The translations under genes were made by a program, and so were the position numbers. From an uncultured candidate division Zixibacteria bacterium (GTDB lineage Bacteria > Zixibacteria > MSB-5A5 > GN15 > FEB-12), in NCBI GenBank assembly GCA_963806185.1, contig CAWDXE010000003.1, forward strand, positions 64,001 through 128,000: a stretch of DNA of 64,000 nt, read 5' to 3'. Positions within the stretch are counted from its first letter, which is position 1. Every line of letters begins with the position of its first letter. Shown piece by piece: positions 30,801-39,072 of this stretch. The notes beneath the pieces were generated by a model. It did no database searches. It was not told the origin of the DNA and saw only the letters and a list, made by a program, of their open reading frames with translations.

Positions 30801-31329
30801 CAACACGATCTTGCCCGCCACCGTACCGCAGACCCGGTTGATAGACCCAGTGGTCACTGTCGCCGCTTCCAATGAGAGCCGTCACCTTCCTGCCGATCAG
30901 TTGGGTACTCTCAAAACCGGTCAATTCGCAGAAACGACTGTTGACCGCCAGCACTGTTCCGTCGGACTCTCTGACCAGAACGCCGTCACCCGCCTGATCG
31001 ATTAAGGCCCGAAGACCGGCCTCCGACTCGCTGAGTCGTTGACTGGCTTCGTTCATCGCGAGCATGTGATTGCGAAGGATCCAAAAACCTGCGACGAACA
31101 GCGATGAGATGGTGATGGCCAGGAGCTCTTCGGAAAGATGGAGATTCGGTACATGCGATGTCTGAATGACATCCCAGAATACGACGACGCGCCGAACAGC
31201 CATGAGACCGGTCACGATGGCCATGAGGATAAACGCAGCCTTCTCCCTGGCCAGCTTGAGTACCCGCAGGCTTAGCCCAAAAGCCGCAGCTTGAAGCAGA
31301 ATGGATAAGGCTGAGAAAACGATCAGCAT
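24895..31329 (-). CDS. Large membrane-bound multi-PAS/GAF sensor histidine kinase
   Basis: 3 N-terminal TMs, ~11-12 PAS/PAC repeats (IHPDDR..), GAF-like segment, H-box GVSHEFKN, NAEQA, DNGLGI, FFSTK, GTGMGL. Confidence 0.92.
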   Translation of the reverse strand: MLIVFSALSILLQAAAFGLSLRVLKLAREKAAFILMAIVTGLMAVRRVVVFWDVIQTSHVPNLHLSEELLAITISSLFVAGFWILRNHMLAMNEASQRLSESEAGLRALIDQAGDGVLVRESDGTVLAVNSRFCELTGFESTQLIGRKVTALIGSGDSDHWVYQPGLRYGGGQDRVEQQIACRDGSRKVVEIQSRLRTDGRIDDFIRDITHLRETQQRLEATEAEHAHLLKVTAVLSVRVSPDFRWQRVDSQLLSLIDRTEAELIDKPTREFTPTEDALDEWRLTQQLVQGNKIWCEFEKRLMARSGAMIRFHVTRVAVRDQSGKILHYLDFMVNAASPRRNKSIADAAPEYWQSVLHSIPAPAWTCDWDGRFTYVNGAWLSFRGRTRSQEMERGWIDGIHSGDLAEFREVFATAVESRQSIEVEIRLLHHDGEYRWMRLSGAPYSGPDGVFAGYVGLATDVTEFKATRRRLQTSESLYRKALELSHLGGFEWNLNNLRYTGSPEAIALCGIDADTFDGRMETVLSHIHPDDRDIVLKANMDLLSSFDAGPIEFRVVLADGSIRLLRSESSLEYDVHGCPVRKYGILKDITTADGSVTLVGDHAQLAQFSQSIPVMLLSVDSKGRLERVSDLWLKTLGYERAEVLGRPLTDFLVPTSRAIVDRELRPRLDSEGFIHDLNLQAVMKDNQILDISISASARRGKDDIPAGALLLVTDVTEKKRAWESLAQSEERFRILSEASGDGVIISDNGVILDVNSQLCRMLGYQAAELTLESLSTIVRSDDLSMVLDRSRANDQEPFEFRGVHREGRELLMRAFSKLVPYHGRTARLIALRDVTQERLTQEELQVSRERFRMAAELASDTIYDIDLSRGGGWVSIPASYRDLFGVKGDYITIEDWLALVHPDDRERLQEMRSAVRRSGDVCVQEYRLMAPSGSVVWVRDTSLLGGECTEDPTRKLGVLTDITRQRELLEERRRGELALLAASRIAGVGYWEHRLGTGAVKCSEQLYRIFGVEPGQGLTQMEEILGRIYPEDRQLVATAIASVSELRPTEAEFRICLPNGEIRYCHSVAQNIRDAGTDTVRRIGACRDVTEARLSSEALKHSEAQYRLLVEYAPVGIFIHTGTILQYVNAAMMHMWGATSVSELVGRDLLELVPGDLQSTVAERIKKMFDSRDGGEKSPKVITCDFKRLDGSTFVAEITPVRMDLDGEASIQVFVRDVSQLRLTMDQLKASERRFKLALQDSSTTVFTTDLDLRYTWIFNSQEFPTGNVVGKTDEELFVPDDAERLKAIKKQVLESGKPLSPEFGVHVRGRQRYFAGNLEPLCNSSGEMIGVVGAITDVTELKQANIEASQRQGRLKLLVGIATSILRNESIQSIVRRTIAELASAWPDKRVAYVSVDSDGVILDTYPLDGVLATLLVKRHALPRQNHGGRWRSEDRILEWSAPTSPGTVLTSDEIGWIHAGIRALVGVPIVRTDRQTDLLCLASTEICRLSEHDQSLMVETAELLSVAQKFAREREERRDAEQALRESEERFRIASESGLDAFIMLRAVTNSSGECGDFRVIYCNRQALDLFRDLNGLRVGATITEILGPKRGLEFVALYRSVLQIGRPREEEFLSELIPPETWFYQQIVPTVDGVAVTARNITARVLAEKQMRRLSTAVEQSANMVCITDTEGIIEYVNPQFCRTTGFSTEESIGRSRRILKSGQTSDGEYGELWSTISAGARWSGKLQNRRKSGSLYWEQLTISPIHDSSGNVSNFVIVSSDVTEELAQQEKMMESDKLAAVGMLAAGVSHEFKNYLGGIIGNATFALEGLDETQDLDIARRTLEDIVRMGERANDVAMSLLTYSKTRPERFAPEDLAAIVTTTTALIAKELCSRSIDLYTHFDDTPLIRLSASKIQQLLLNLLINAEQAIGAKGIISVSVLRWPDGVQLRVADNGLGIPKENVSRIFDPFFSTKGVWGKDNVVGTGMGLAICRNIAREHGGELTVDSIEGLGSTFTLSLPASLFASDPGEVLANRTYAWLSKVLIFSLDTTIFGKLFSRACEVAVSLHICDSHSGVSDGLHQATSLVVCDAEFVGKVELTHVVELCRAAAVPYVMIRCGAMDYQLDHLYAHAAAAFPDLPPLDQILAAVHTPEEFQRPT

Positions 31330-31583
31330 CCGGCCCCCGAATTACGAGATCCCTCCCGTGCCCCCCCCCCGCCAGCGGTGGTCACCTGACCACCCAAATC
31401 CCCCCGATCGTCGGCCGACGTCCGGGATGCATTACCATCGATACCGGCAAACTGGTAACAGAGAAGGCCCTATCGGGATAGTATCGGCTGAAACGACAAT
31501 CTTCTTAGGCTTCGGCGGCTGGGAGAGCGCGGGCGGGCGGAAACGACGTGACCCGCGGCATTATCTCTGACGGGGCAACAAAT

Positions 31584-31808
31584 TCAGCGTTCGCTTAGGA
31601 ACTGGAGATAGAACAGGACGAGCAGGACGAGCATGAATACCACGCCGGTGAGAAAACCGGCACGGAACGTATTGAACGGGCTGAACCAGCCCGGTTTGGC
31701 CTTTTTTAGTTCCGTTAGATCTGATTGGCAGTGCTTGCAACGAACCGCTTCGGGGTGAATTGGCTCCTTGCATTTCGGACAGCGGACTTGTGGACTGGCG
31801 ACTGACAT
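31584..31808 (-). CDS. Small zinc-ribbon membrane protein
   Basis: CPKC..CKHC plus C-terminal TM; TTGCAC-17-CAAGAT promoter just upstream. Confidence 0.75.
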   Translation of the reverse strand: MSVASPQVRCPKCKEPIHPEAVRCKHCQSDLTELKKAKPGWFSPFNTFRAGFLTGVVFMLVLLVLFYLQFLSER

Positions 31809-31844
31809 GACAAAATCTTGTTGCGAATTGCCGTCGGGTGCAAC

Positions 31845-31872
31845 AAAAAACCGGCAGTGCCAACCGCCGGTT
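31845..31872 (-). terminator. Rho-independent terminator
   Basis: aaccggc..gccggtt stem followed by T6 on the minus strand. Confidence 0.7.
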
Positions 31873-32031
31873 CAAGGAACTTTCAGCGGTGCTTTGGCCG
31901 GGTACCTTACGCCTACGAACCATCAGAGATCAAGTTCGGGGAAAGGTGCGTCGCTTGCCGTGCGGCTGTCGACCGAGCGCCAAATCATTCGGAAGTCAAC
32001 GGTGCAGGAACAAGCGCGACGTACTTCCGGG

Positions 32032-32361
32032 TCACGAACGGAAATCTCCCGACGTATCGCCGGCCTCGAACCCGATGGATTTGGCGTTGGGTGTAGGAGC
32101 ACCGTAGACCTTGATTTCGCCGAACTGAGCTTCGAACTTCTTGATGTTCTCCGCCAAGGCACTGTGCAGCAGTTTAGCGTGCATGGGGGTCATGATAATG
32201 CGCGCCAGCACACGGGCCTTTGGCGTGCGCGGCATAACTCGTGAGAAGTCAATGATGACTTCGGTCGGCGAGTGCGTGATCATGGCCAGATTGGCATAGA
32301 TGCCTTCGGCCTCACGCTCGCCCAACTCGATGTTTATCTGTTGCTGCCCCTGGGGCTCCAT
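32032..32361 (-). CDS. DUF3467 family protein
   Basis: EGIYANLAMITHSPTEVIIDF..RIIMTPMHAK..YE/FEAQFGEI pattern. Confidence 0.88.
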   Translation of the reverse strand: MEPQGQQQINIELGEREAEGIYANLAMITHSPTEVIIDFSRVMPRTPKARVLARIIMTPMHAKLLHSALAENIKKFEAQFGEIKVYGAPTPNAKSIGFEAGDTSGDFRS

Positions 32362-32418
32362 AGAGTCGTCCTTTTCGTTATCAACGCGGTGGTTTCTTTA
32401 GCTTGTACCGGAGTCTTC

Positions 32419-32446
32419 AGTTTACTATATTCCCAGCCCATGTCAA
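32419..32446 (-). promoter_or_regulatory. sigma70 promoter of DUF3467 gene
   Basis: TTGACA-16-TAAACT. Confidence 0.6.
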
Positions 32447-32505
32447 ACGAATTATCAGCCGACAGATCTCTGGCAAGCGCGAGTCGGGAAGCGAGATAGA
32501 GCGGA

Positions 32506-33531
32506 ATGCCGATTACCCGCGAACGAATTGCGCAACTGACCGGCCGAATGGGTCACTCCCAAGTCCTCATACTCGGCGACGTGATGCTCGACGAGTACTT
32601 GTTCGGGAGTGTCGAGCGCATATCTCCGGAGGCCCCTGTCCCAGTCGTGGAAATCAGTTCCACCCGCCTGCTGTTGGGAGGCGCGGCCAATGTAGCCGCC
32701 AATACCCGGACGCTGGGTGACGAGCCGCTCCTCGTGGGAGTCGTTGGCACTGATGACGCGGCCGACCGACTAAGAAGGCTACTCGATGAACGGGGCATCG
32801 GCTGCAGTTGCCTGGTCAGTGATCCGTCTCGCCAGACCACAATCAAGACGAGGATCATTGCGCACAATCAACAGGTGGTGCGAGCCGATCGGGAGAGCCG
32901 CGAAGACCTGTCGACGGCGATGGAACAGGCCGTATACGATAGAATCGTCTCTGTCATCGACAAAATTTCGGCTCTCATCATTTCCGATTACGGCAAAGGA
33001 GTCATCACCGTGCGACTCCTCGAGCGGGTCATCGACCTCTGCCTGGCACGGGATATATTCGTCGCCGTTGATCCCAAGGAGACGCGGTTTCCCTACTACC
33101 GGAGAGTATCGCTCATTACTCCCAATCACCACGAGGCGAGTTTTGCCGCCGGGTTGAAGATCCGCAACGATGAAGATCTCTACGCCGTCGGTACGACATT
33201 GCTGGAGAAACTCCAGGCTCGCGCCATTCTGATTACGCGGGGTCCCGAGGGGATGTCACTATTCCGCGCCGGAGAATCGCCCGTACACATCCCCACTTTT
33301 GCCCGCAAAGTCTATGATGTTACCGGCGCGGGCGACACGGTCATAGCCGTGTTCGTCTCCGCGATCTGCGCGGGCGCCGACCTGGTCGAGGCGGCTATTC
33401 TGTCCAATGCCGGAGCCGGATTCACAGTCGGAGAGATCGGCACGGCCACCCCCACTATCGATCAGGTAAGAGAAGAATTGGAACACACGATCAAGAACGG
33501 CACCGTCATCAAGCGATCGGCACAATCGTAA
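32506..33531 (+). CDS. rfaE1: D-glycero-beta-D-manno-heptose-7-phosphate kinase
   Basis: GDVMLDEY, RISPEAPVPVV, GGAANVA, SDYGKG, VYDVTGAGDT. Confidence 0.95.
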   Translation: MPITRERIAQLTGRMGHSQVLILGDVMLDEYLFGSVERISPEAPVPVVEISSTRLLLGGAANVAANTRTLGDEPLLVGVVGTDDAADRLRRLLDERGIGCSCLVSDPSRQTTIKTRIIAHNQQVVRADRESREDLSTAMEQAVYDRIVSVIDKISALIISDYGKGVITVRLLERVIDLCLARDIFVAVDPKETRFPYYRRVSLITPNHHEASFAAGLKIRNDEDLYAVGTTLLEKLQARAILITRGPEGMSLFRAGESPVHIPTFARKVYDVTGAGDTVIAVFVSAICAGADLVEAAILSNAGAGFTVGEIGTATPTIDQVREELEHTIKNGTVIKRSAQS

Positions 33532-33555
33532 ACGGCGCCCAGCGAGGTTTATACT

Positions 33556-34464
33556 ATGCGAACCATGTCAGTCAGTCTGGTCCTGATCACTTTTGCGACG
33601 GTCGCTCACTTATCGGCCTCACCCGATACCCTTCGTTTTCATCCGCCTGATTCGCTGGTGTTCAGTTCGGTGACCACGTCGACCAAGCAGATGAGCCTTA
33701 ACGGCAAATTTACGCAGGACAGTTCCTTCACCACCGCAAAGAACACGCTCAAGAAGACCGGGTACGGGTATCGACTGTCGTATCAACCGACCGAGGTCAG
33801 AGTTACGCGGGATGGCCAGGTCATCAGCAATCCGGTGGTGGCTCTGATGACGCGCATTGCATACACCTATATACTCGATTCGGCGGGTAACGCGACGACG
33901 GTGACCGGGTTCGAGAATATACATCACCTCATCGACTCGGCGCTGGATTCCACTCAGGCGACGACGCTGAAGCGCATGGTTACGCCTGAGGCGATGTCGG
34001 CGCAGACCATCGCAGAGTGGAACGGTCGCATCGAAATGTTGACAAACCGCCCGCTCGCCCTCAAAAAAGTGACCTACGACAAATCTGAATACATGCTGCC
34101 CACGCAGCAGAAGATTCCGATGTACGGTGGCACGATGATAACAGACACGCCGAAAGTCGGCGGCATCCCGTGCGTTCGCGTGCGCATCGTTTATGCCTCG
34201 TCGCCCGACACGCTGGCGAAATTGCTCGACCTGGTACGATCCGAAGTGGTTACGCATTACATGCTCACCGATTCGGTCCTCAAGAGTATTCCACAACAGC
34301 CGGCCCTGATCGTCTCGGACATCGTCCTGATCGCCGAACGCAAGAGCCTGTTGATTCGCGAGGAGCAGTCGCGCCGTGATGCCTCGATTACGGTCACCGG
34401 ACAGGGTCCGACGCCGCAGACAATGACCAGCCACGAAACACGCAACATGAAGATGACCTACTAG
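33556..34464 (+). CDS. Secreted hypothetical protein
   Basis: GAGG RBS, signal peptide, Thr-rich beta-strand pattern; lies between rfaE1 and rfaE2. Confidence 0.7.
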   Translation: MRTMSVSLVLITFATVAHLSASPDTLRFHPPDSLVFSSVTTSTKQMSLNGKFTQDSSFTTAKNTLKKTGYGYRLSYQPTEVRVTRDGQVISNPVVALMTRIAYTYILDSAGNATTVTGFENIHHLIDSALDSTQATTLKRMVTPEAMSAQTIAEWNGRIEMLTNRPLALKKVTYDKSEYMLPTQQKIPMYGGTMITDTPKVGGIPCVRVRIVYASSPDTLAKLLDLVRSEVVTHYMLTDSVLKSIPQQPALIVSDIVLIAERKSLLIREEQSRRDASITVTGQGPTPQTMTSHETRNMKMTY

Positions 34465-34474
34465 ATCGACGCCC

Positions 34475-34942
34475 ATGAACCGCCTTCTGTCACGGACCAA
34501 AGTCATTGCCCTGGCTGAGCGCAGTCATCGGCAGGCGAAAAGTATCGTGTTCACCAATGGCGTGTTTGATATTCTTCATCGGGGCCACGTGGCCTACCTC
34601 ACCAAGGCGCGATCGTGCGGCGACATCCTGATTGTCGGGCTTAACACCGATTCGTCGGTGCGCCGTCTCAAGGGCCCGTCGCGCCCGGTCAACCCCCAGG
34701 TCGATCGGGCGGCCGTGCTGGTCGCCTTGCGGTGTGTCGATTACGTGGTATTCTTCGGGGAGGATACGCCCGATCGTCTGATCCGCGCCATTAAGCCGGA
34801 CGTCCTCGTCAAGGGGGCAGATTACCGGGAGTCTGAAATCGTGGGGGCGCAATTCGTACGTTCCTACGGCGGCAAGGTTCGACGGATCAAGTTGGTATCG
34901 GGACGGTCGACCAGCAGGATCATCAGTAAGATGGCGAAGTAA
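34475..34942 (+). CDS. rfaE2: D-glycero-beta-D-manno-heptose 1-phosphate adenylyltransferase
   Basis: FTNGVFDILHRGH, GLNTDSSVRRLKG, LVKGADY, STS. Confidence 0.95.
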   Translation: MNRLLSRTKVIALAERSHRQAKSIVFTNGVFDILHRGHVAYLTKARSCGDILIVGLNTDSSVRRLKGPSRPVNPQVDRAAVLVALRCVDYVVFFGEDTPDRLIRAIKPDVLVKGADYRESEIVGAQFVRSYGGKVRRIKLVSGRSTSRIISKMAK

Positions 34943-34963
34943 CCCGAACCACTGAGTTCATAC

Positions 34964-35001
34964 AAAACACGACGGCCGCCAGGTGATCCACCCGGCGGCC
35001 G
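34964..35001. terminator. Hairpin between convergent rfaE2 and valS
   Basis: cggccgcc..ggcggccg stem. Confidence 0.55.
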
Positions 35002-35029
35002 ATGCAGGTAAGTAACTTGAGTTGGGGGA

Positions 35030-37696
35030 CTACCACCCCATGATCTGTTCGAGATTCGTATTCAACTTCTGAATGCGCTCCTCGTAATCACGGCGTTTGG
35101 CCTTCTCCTTCGTGATAACGTCGTCCGGGGCATTGGCCAGGAAGTCCTGGTTGGCCAGCTTCTTCGAGATCTTTTCCAGCTGATCCTTCAGGTTGTTCAA
35201 CTCCTTCTGGAGCCGGTTGCGCTCGACATCAACGTCGATCAGGCCCGCCAGCGGAAGAAAGATCTCCGCACCGGAGATGACGGCCGAGGCCGACACCGGT
35301 GGTTTCTTGAGTTCTTTGCCGGTATACAGATTCTCCACTCGCACCAGTGACCGGAAGTATTCAATGTGATCCTGCAGCAGTTTCGCGAACGCATCGTCCT
35401 TCACGCGGACGTGCAAATCCGATTTCTTGCCGGGATGGACATTCAGCTCGGAACGCATTGAACGGACGGCAGTCACTACCTCCTGAATCTGGCGCAGGCG
35501 GTCTTCGAGAGAATCGTCCCGATGACGGTTGTCACTCGTGGGCCACGGACCGAACGTGATTGTGCTGGAGTCGTCGCCGGTCAACTGGTGGTAGATTTCC
35601 TCGGTGACAAAGGGCACAAACGGGTGAAGCAGGATGCAGATCTGATTCAGCACGTAGGTGGCGACATTCAGCGAGTTCGTGCGGATTAACTGTCCCGGCT
35701 GATCCGGCTTGATCAGTTCGATATACCATGAGCAATAGTCTTCCCAGACGAAGTTGTACAACGTCTTCGCCGCCGCCGACAGGCGGTACTCGGCCAGTGA
35801 CTGGTCGACACTTTCGATAGTTCGTTCCAGCCGCGACAGGATCCAACGATCGAAGATGACCAGATCGGTGTCATCGACTTTGTCGAGCACCGGCGGCCGA
35901 CCATCAAGCCGCATCATCACAAAGCGAGACACCTGATAGAGTTTGTTGACGAAATTTCGTCCGCCCTCAAACGTATTGCGGCTGATCCACGGATCCTGGC
36001 CGTCGGGCGTCGCCAACACCAGCGAAATACGCAGGGAGTCAGCCCCGTACTTTTCAATAATTTCCAGCGGATCAATGCCGTTGCCCAGCGATTTGGACAT
36101 CTTAACGCCATTGGCGTCGCGAACCGTGCCGTGAATACAGACGTCGGAGAAAGGTTCTTTCCCCATGAATTCATGCCCGGCCATCACCATGCGGGCCACC
36201 CAGAGAAAGATGATTTCTGAGGCGGTCGCGAGTGCTTTGGTCGGATAGAATTTTGCAAGCTCCGGCGTTTTTTCGGGCCAGCCAAAGGTGGAAAACGGCC
36301 AGAGCCAGGATGAGAACCAGGTGTCCAGCACGTCTTCATCCTGAACCAGCTTCGCTGGGTCGTAGCCGGGACAGTCGCCTGTGGCGGGGCGATCCACGGA
36401 GACGAACATTGTGCCATCCTCGGCGTACCAGACCGGTATGCGATGTCCCCACCACAATTGGCGGGAGATGCACCAGTCCCGGATATTCTCCATCCAATGC
36501 AAGTAGGTTTTGGACCAGTAGCTGGGATGGAAGCGCAGCTTGCCCGTATTGATCGCGTCAATCGCCGGACCCGCCAGCTCGCGCATCTTCACGAACCACT
36601 GATCCGACAGATACGGCTCAACCGTCGTGTGACAGCGATAGCAGGTCCCGACCGAATGCGTATACTTCTCGGTCTTATCAAGCAGGTTCTTCTTGGTCAG
36701 TTCGTCCACCAGCCGCTTGCGGGCCTCGACTCGATCAAGGCCCTTGAACTTGCCGGCATTCTCGTTAAGGGTGCCGTCAATATTGAGGATATTGATTTCC
36801 GGCAAATCATGCCGACGGCCGATTTCGAAATCGTTCGGATCATGGGCCGGAGTGACCTTCACCACGCCGGTGCCGAATTCGGGATCTACGTAGCTGTCGG
36901 CTACGATCGGGATCTCGCGCTCAACAATCGGGAGGATGACGGTCTTGCCGACGAATTTCTTGTAACGGGTATCCTTCGGCGAAACTGCAAGGGCGGTATC
37001 GCCAAGCATCGTCTCCGGGCGCGTTGTGGCCACCGTAAGATACTGATCTGAGCCTTTTAGCTTGTACCTAATGTACCAAAGTTGGCTGTCGAATTCCTGA
37101 TACTCGACTTCGTCATCGGACAACGATGTCTTGCAGGACGGGCACCAGTTCACAATCCGATGACCTCGGTAAATCAGCCCTTTGTCGAACAGGTGCTTGA
37201 ACACGGTCGCGACGGCACGCGACATCTCGGGATCAAGGGTAAAGCGCGTGCGTTCCCAATCGCAACTGCAGCCCACCCGCTTTAGCTGGCCGAAAATGGT
37301 GTCCTTGTTCTGGTTTGCCCAGGCCCAGGTCCGTTCGACAAACGCCTCGCGCCCGATTTCGCGACGGGTGGTTCCTTCTTTGATAAGGTTCTTTTCAACA
37401 ATCACCTGAGTGGCGATGCCGGCATGATCGGACCCGGGCATCCATTCCACCTCGTACCCGGACATTCTCGCCTTACGAATCAGGATATCCTGAATCGTGT
37501 TGTTAAGGGCGTGGCCGAGATGCAAGATGGCGGTCACATTAGGCGGCGGAATGACAATGGAGTAGGGCCGCTTTGACGAGTCCGGTGCGCCATGAAAGTA
37601 ACCGGCAGTGAGCCATTGCTGGTAAAGCCGTTCTTCGACAGTCGCAGGGTCGTATGCGGACGATTTCTTGGCCGCTTGTTCGTTCGTGTTGCTCAT
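35030..37696 (-). CDS. valS: Valine--tRNA ligase
   Basis: PPPNVT..HLGH, DWCISRQLWWGH, DVLDTWFSS, KMSKS, C-terminal coiled coil. Confidence 0.98.
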   Translation of the reverse strand: MSNTNEQAAKKSSAYDPATVEERLYQQWLTAGYFHGAPDSSKRPYSIVIPPPNVTAILHLGHALNNTIQDILIRKARMSGYEVEWMPGSDHAGIATQVIVEKNLIKEGTTRREIGREAFVERTWAWANQNKDTIFGQLKRVGCSCDWERTRFTLDPEMSRAVATVFKHLFDKGLIYRGHRIVNWCPSCKTSLSDDEVEYQEFDSQLWYIRYKLKGSDQYLTVATTRPETMLGDTALAVSPKDTRYKKFVGKTVILPIVEREIPIVADSYVDPEFGTGVVKVTPAHDPNDFEIGRRHDLPEINILNIDGTLNENAGKFKGLDRVEARKRLVDELTKKNLLDKTEKYTHSVGTCYRCHTTVEPYLSDQWFVKMRELAGPAIDAINTGKLRFHPSYWSKTYLHWMENIRDWCISRQLWWGHRIPVWYAEDGTMFVSVDRPATGDCPGYDPAKLVQDEDVLDTWFSSWLWPFSTFGWPEKTPELAKFYPTKALATASEIIFLWVARMVMAGHEFMGKEPFSDVCIHGTVRDANGVKMSKSLGNGIDPLEIIEKYGADSLRISLVLATPDGQDPWISRNTFEGGRNFVNKLYQVSRFVMMRLDGRPPVLDKVDDTDLVIFDRWILSRLERTIESVDQSLAEYRLSAAAKTLYNFVWEDYCSWYIELIKPDQPGQLIRTNSLNVATYVLNQICILLHPFVPFVTEEIYHQLTGDDSSTITFGPWPTSDNRHRDDSLEDRLRQIQEVVTAVRSMRSELNVHPGKKSDLHVRVKDDAFAKLLQDHIEYFRSLVRVENLYTGKELKKPPVSASAVISGAEIFLPLAGLIDVDVERNRLQKELNNLKDQLEKISKKLANQDFLANAPDDVITKEKAKRRDYEERIQKLNTNLEQIMGW

Positions 37697-37767
37697 AACT
37701 CCAATTAACCGTATACTGCCGCCGACGGTTTAGGAAACCTGACGGCGAACGCCATGTAAAACCCACA

Positions 37768-37796
37768 ATCTTAGTCGTACCCGTCGCCAATGTCAA
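37768..37796 (-). promoter_or_regulatory. sigma70 promoter of valS
   Basis: TTGACA-17-TAAGAT. Confidence 0.75.
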
Positions 37797-37857
37797 GGGC
37801 CGGAGGCCCAAAAGGACGGGTAAGTTGTTGCTTTGTTTATAGGTAGATCGGTAATCA

Positions 37858-38670
37858 ATGTCAGAACTAAAGGCCCGTGTACTCGATGAAAAACTAACCC
37901 CGTTCGAGCGGTTGGTGGTCTTGCTGGAAATCTTGCGATCGCCTGAAGGATGTGCCTGGGACAGGAAACAGACCCATCAAAGTCTCCTTCCTTATCTGAT
38001 CGAAGAGACTTTCGAAGTCGTGGAGACAATCGAGGAGAATCGCACAGACGAACTGGCGGAAGAATTGGGTGATGTCCTCTGTCAGGTGGTTTTCCACGCA
38101 CAATTGGCCAAGGAACGGGGGGACTTCACCGTAGATGACGCTTGCACCAAGATTGTGGATAAACTGCTGCGGCGGCATCCGCATGTCTTTGGTGAAAAGC
38201 AGGAGCTTGATCCCAACCAAGTGCGTGAGCAGTGGGAGAAGAACAAGACCCGATCGGGTGAAAAGAAATCAGTGCTGTCCGGATTGCCAAAATCCATGCC
38301 GGCACTCGCCATGGCGTTTCGGATGGGCGAAAAAGCAGGAGGAGTAGGCTTTGACTGGCATGATTCGAAGGATGTGCTGGCCAAGATCAAAGAGGAACTG
38401 GGCGAGGTCGAGGACGAGATCAATCGAGTGGCACCCGACCGGGAAAAGATTTCCGGGGAGATTGGCGACCTGCTTTTTGCCGTGGCGTCGTTCGCACGCA
38501 AGCTGAATATTGACCCTGAGTCGTCGCTCCGGCGGGCCTTGGAGAAGTTTCGCGATCGCTTTGATGCGATGGAAGCTCAAGTCACACAACAGGGAAAACA
38601 CCTTGATCAGTACACTCTTGACGAACTGGAAGCCATCTGGCAGGAGATCAAGCGCAACCAGGCACCGTAA
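37858..38670 (+). CDS. mazG: Nucleoside triphosphate pyrophosphohydrolase MazG
   Basis: GCAWDRKQT, EELGD, RRHPHVF, GFDW, EIGDLLF. Confidence 0.95.
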   Translation: MSELKARVLDEKLTPFERLVVLLEILRSPEGCAWDRKQTHQSLLPYLIEETFEVVETIEENRTDELAEELGDVLCQVVFHAQLAKERGDFTVDDACTKIVDKLLRRHPHVFGEKQELDPNQVREQWEKNKTRSGEKKSVLSGLPKSMPALAMAFRMGEKAGGVGFDWHDSKDVLAKIKEELGEVEDEINRVAPDREKISGEIGDLLFAVASFARKLNIDPESSLRRALEKFRDRFDAMEAQVTQQGKHLDQYTLDELEAIWQEIKRNQAP

Positions 38671-39072
38671 ACTCCGTATTCACAGGCAGGCCAGATTGAC
38701 TTTGCGGACCGAGTAAGGCATTTTCTTGCATCGTGTTAAACACGTTGTCAAGTGATATATGTAGGGCGAACAATTTTGTTAATTTTTTTCTTGCGGCATT
38801 TTCCATCGGCAGGTTTATTCTGCCCGAAGTTAGTTGGAGAAGTGCATTACACTGAAAATAGATTGTATCGCCATCATCAGGGAAGAAATCCAGGGCAGAA
38901 CCGATGCTCTGCTCTAAGGAGGGATGCTTATGGTGTGAGGGCGGTGTGACCGCCAACGCAACAGGGAGAGAGAAAAGCCTCACGGCACGGACATACAACA
39001 ACAGGTAGCCGTGTGCATGCGAACTGAAAGACAACTACCAGGTTTAACAACCTTAGCATAGGATCACAACGT

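Noticed and set aside
31870..32030. Possible ncRNA (CCTTGAACC as in 6S RNA) after DUF3467
   Set aside because: I could not find the long closing stem or central bubble; it is probably a 3' UTR
33619..34506. Long antisense ORFs (also 22950..23861, 42134..42991, 13873..14694, 58582..59412)
   Set aside because: Shadows of well-supported genes in GC-rich DNA, with no motifs
37697..37767. T-box leader for valS
   Set aside because: The leader is only ~65 nt and has no T-box consensus
38875..38905. AGGGAA..AAATCC resembling a cobalamin riboswitch
   Set aside because: Lacks the GGTG stem, GCCACTG and B12-box elements
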